Assembly: GCF_002571385.2 (NCBI RefSeq)
Contig: NW_019217784.1
Span: 791,218 to 855,217 of the forward strand
Direction: 5' to 3'
Length of the DNA: 64,000 nt
Origin: Stylophora pistillata
Taxonomy: Eukaryota
The notes under the pieces are model-generated. The model saw only the letters and a program-made list of their open reading frames with translations. It did no database searches and was not told the DNA's origin. Made by a program: the position numbers and the translations under genes. Shown here in pieces: positions 62,101-64,000 of this stretch; position 1 is the stretch's first letter; every line of letters starts with the position of its first letter.

Positions 62101-63457
62101 TTCAAACAGCAATAAACAGGTTGTCTGTTGCTCAAGTGGGATTTGATTTTTTTTTTAATTGTTATGCAGTGAACATAAGATATTAATTAAGTGCTTTGAT
62201 GTGACATGTATCTCAAATAGCACCACACAGTGTTAACACTTGGCTCTTGTGATATAAAAATACTTTGTATACAATTTTATTTTAATTTACTTTTGATGGC
62301 CCAGCTATTCATTTTTATTCAGTTGTGGAGCCGTTGTGTAGTGCATTCTCTTGTTATTTCACACTGTTTCCTATTGTAACACTTCTTAATGGAAACCATG
62401 ATGTCAGGTAACTTAAGTCTGTCCATGGCCTTCTGAAAGTGGAAATCTTTCCCTTGATGTTTTCTGCCTAATGGTAGGTGGAGTACCCCATAGGTGAAGG
62501 AAAGCACTGACATCAAGCCCGTGATGCCTTGTGGCCATACTTGCAACAGGAAAGGCACAGACAGATGACTTTTCTGATGCATCTGTAATTCCCAAACTTT
62601 CCCTTTTTTGGATAATAAAATAGTTTGGAAAGGGTTGGTTTGCAGAGTGTAGGTTTACCCTGTACCAAGGTATACACCATTAAGAGAGTAATCCAACCTT
62701 GCTTGTTATTGAGTTTACAATATTGGAGGCAGCAGTTCACCAGTGATAAGCCAAACTCACTATGTGTAGGGATTATGAGGTCTTATTTGATAGTTATCAC
62801 CCACATCAAGCTGTGGAAATGTGATTTCCAGTATCCTTGGCATGGAGTTTCATATTACTGAAAGTATATTTACAATCTTCCAAAGTTGATGTTACTCATT
62901 TTTTGTCTTATTTACATATAGATATTGAAAAAACATCCTTGGAAACAATACCCGGTCCGTTTGATAACTACAGCATCAATGTCTTCCGCCATCCCATCTT
63001 ACATCTACAGAACAACCCAGGCTTTCAGAATAGTGCACTTTACAAATACCCCTACAATCATACAATGTTTTTGACAAACATAAACAAACTGACATTTGAG
63101 CAGCAGCAAGCTTATGGAATCATGAGCATGTTTGGTTCTCTGGTTGCCTTGGCAATGGATGATGGTGTTCAGATGGGTCAACACTTGCAGAAGCCACTTG
63201 TTACTAAGTGTGTAATCACAGATGGAATCCAGTTTACTTTGATGTGTTATCAACTCAACACACTCTCATTTCAGGAAGACTTTGGAATCAAGAATTGTGC
63301 CTGGGTTTCACACAGCATGAATCTTTTTAAGGTGACAACTGCTAAACGCAAACCACTTTTATTTGAGACTTTGGATATGGACAACGAAGTTCCTGGTTTT
63401 AATGATGAGTGTTTCAAAACTGTTTTAGCTTTCCTTTGCCAAGAGACAGAGTCATGA
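59129..63457 (+). CDS. Mitochondrial large-subunit ribosomal protein of the mL37/mL65 (MRPL37/MRPS30) family, ~379 aa; exons 59129-59732, 62922-63457
   Basis: Arg-rich transit-like N-terminus, QWLTKTKLFEGLP, VITDGIQFTLMCYQLNTL, GIKNCAWV, GFNDECFKTVLAFL. A phase-1 intron joins the two ORFs. Confidence 0.85.
59870..60736. mobile_element. Non-autonomous DNA transposon with long subterminal TCGCCAACG arrays
   Basis: Inverted arms of about 120 bp (59873-59995 / 60620-60730); 8-bp TSD CTCCCACA at 59862-59869 and 60737-60744. Confidence 0.8.
60866..61713. mobile_element. Second non-autonomous DNA transposon with TTTGCCCC subterminal repeats
   Basis: Left TTTGCCCC repeats (CCATGTTTGCCCCT) mirror right GGGGCAAAC repeats (GGGGCAAACATGG). 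TSD not resolved and ends approximate. Confidence 0.65.
62398..62580 (+). ncRNA. Candidate structured intronic RNA with box C/D-like termini
   Basis: ATGATGT at 62398, CTGA at 62433 and 62507, GTGATGC at 62521, CTGA at 62574. Stems CTTGATGT/ACATCAAG, GCCTAATGG/CCATAGGT, TCTGTC/GACAGA. Confidence 0.25.
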
Positions 63458-63880
63458 GGCATTTTAGGATATTTTTATTATTCCTATACTGTCTACAGAG
63501 ATTTTAAAGTTTTTTTTTTGCTATCTTGATGGCTAAACTCTGGCAAAACAAGAGTGACTGAACAGGTAATCTTATCAGTTGGCAGCACTTGCCATTATAA
63601 TGTTATTCAAGTTTTTACATAGTTTTACAATTGTATAACTTTATAATTATCTCCAAGTAGTTATTTGAAAAGAAATAACCAAAACATCTGATTTAAAAGA
63701 GTAGAGTGCAAACTTCAGATACACTGTTTTCTTCAAAACTGTACATCTTAATGTATGTTGGAAGCACTGTAAAATTATTCAAACAGTTTTACACCCAGTC
63801 AGGACTTCTATGTCAGTAGCAATTTCTTTCCTAGGCATCTTACCCAGGCGTATTCAGTGCAGGTCTCAGTTCTGCGTTGT

Positions 63881-63983
63881 TCATCCTCTTGCCTGCAAGT
63901 AAGCTTTCCTCTCTGGTTGGTCAAATCTTGGATTATTTGTTTGCCTTTGTCTTAGCTGACTTGCTCTCCCAGAGTAGCTGACC
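63881..63983 (-). CDS. Possible terminal exon of a minus-strand gene extending beyond the window
   Basis: Polypyrimidine/AG acceptor, then an open frame VSYSGRASQLRQRQTNNPRFDQPERKAYLQARG*. Confidence 0.25.
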
Positions 63984-64000
63984 CTGCCTCAGAGAAAAAA

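Noticed and set aside
62360-62410. U17/snR30 m1-m2-like motifs (TTCCTA...AAACCAT)
   Set aside because: m1 is imperfect and there is no ACA box at the required distance.

Overview
This is AT-rich, intron-containing animal DNA. The repeat families and gene set point to an anthozoan cnidarian, probably a stony coral (inference). I could reconstruct eight protein-coding genes by hand: (1) a single-exon class A GPCR (+); (2) a 4-exon CARD–NB-ARC/STAND–TPR gene (-) with a compact cluster of NF-kB and STAT-like sites just upstream; (3) an uncharacterised multi-exon gene (+), possibly ciliary; (4) RIOK2 (-, 11 exons); (5) a single-exon FoxQ2-class forkhead gene (-) in a gene-poor interval; (6) NDUFA9 (+); (7) AK6 (+); (8) an mL37/mL65 (MRPL37/MRPS30) family gene (+). 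Intergenic and intronic DNA holds Penelope-like insertions with hammerhead-like cores, LINE 3' fragments, a tRNA-derived SINE and several MITEs, some nested. It also holds a 59-bp palindromic minisatellite, candidate structured ncRNAs, and an 821-bp duplication beside an assembly gap. The best candidate for a poorly described system is the CARD–STAND–TPR receptor with its kB/GAS promoter. No CRISPR arrays, rRNA or true tRNA genes were found. All coordinates are hand-derived and no database searches were run.
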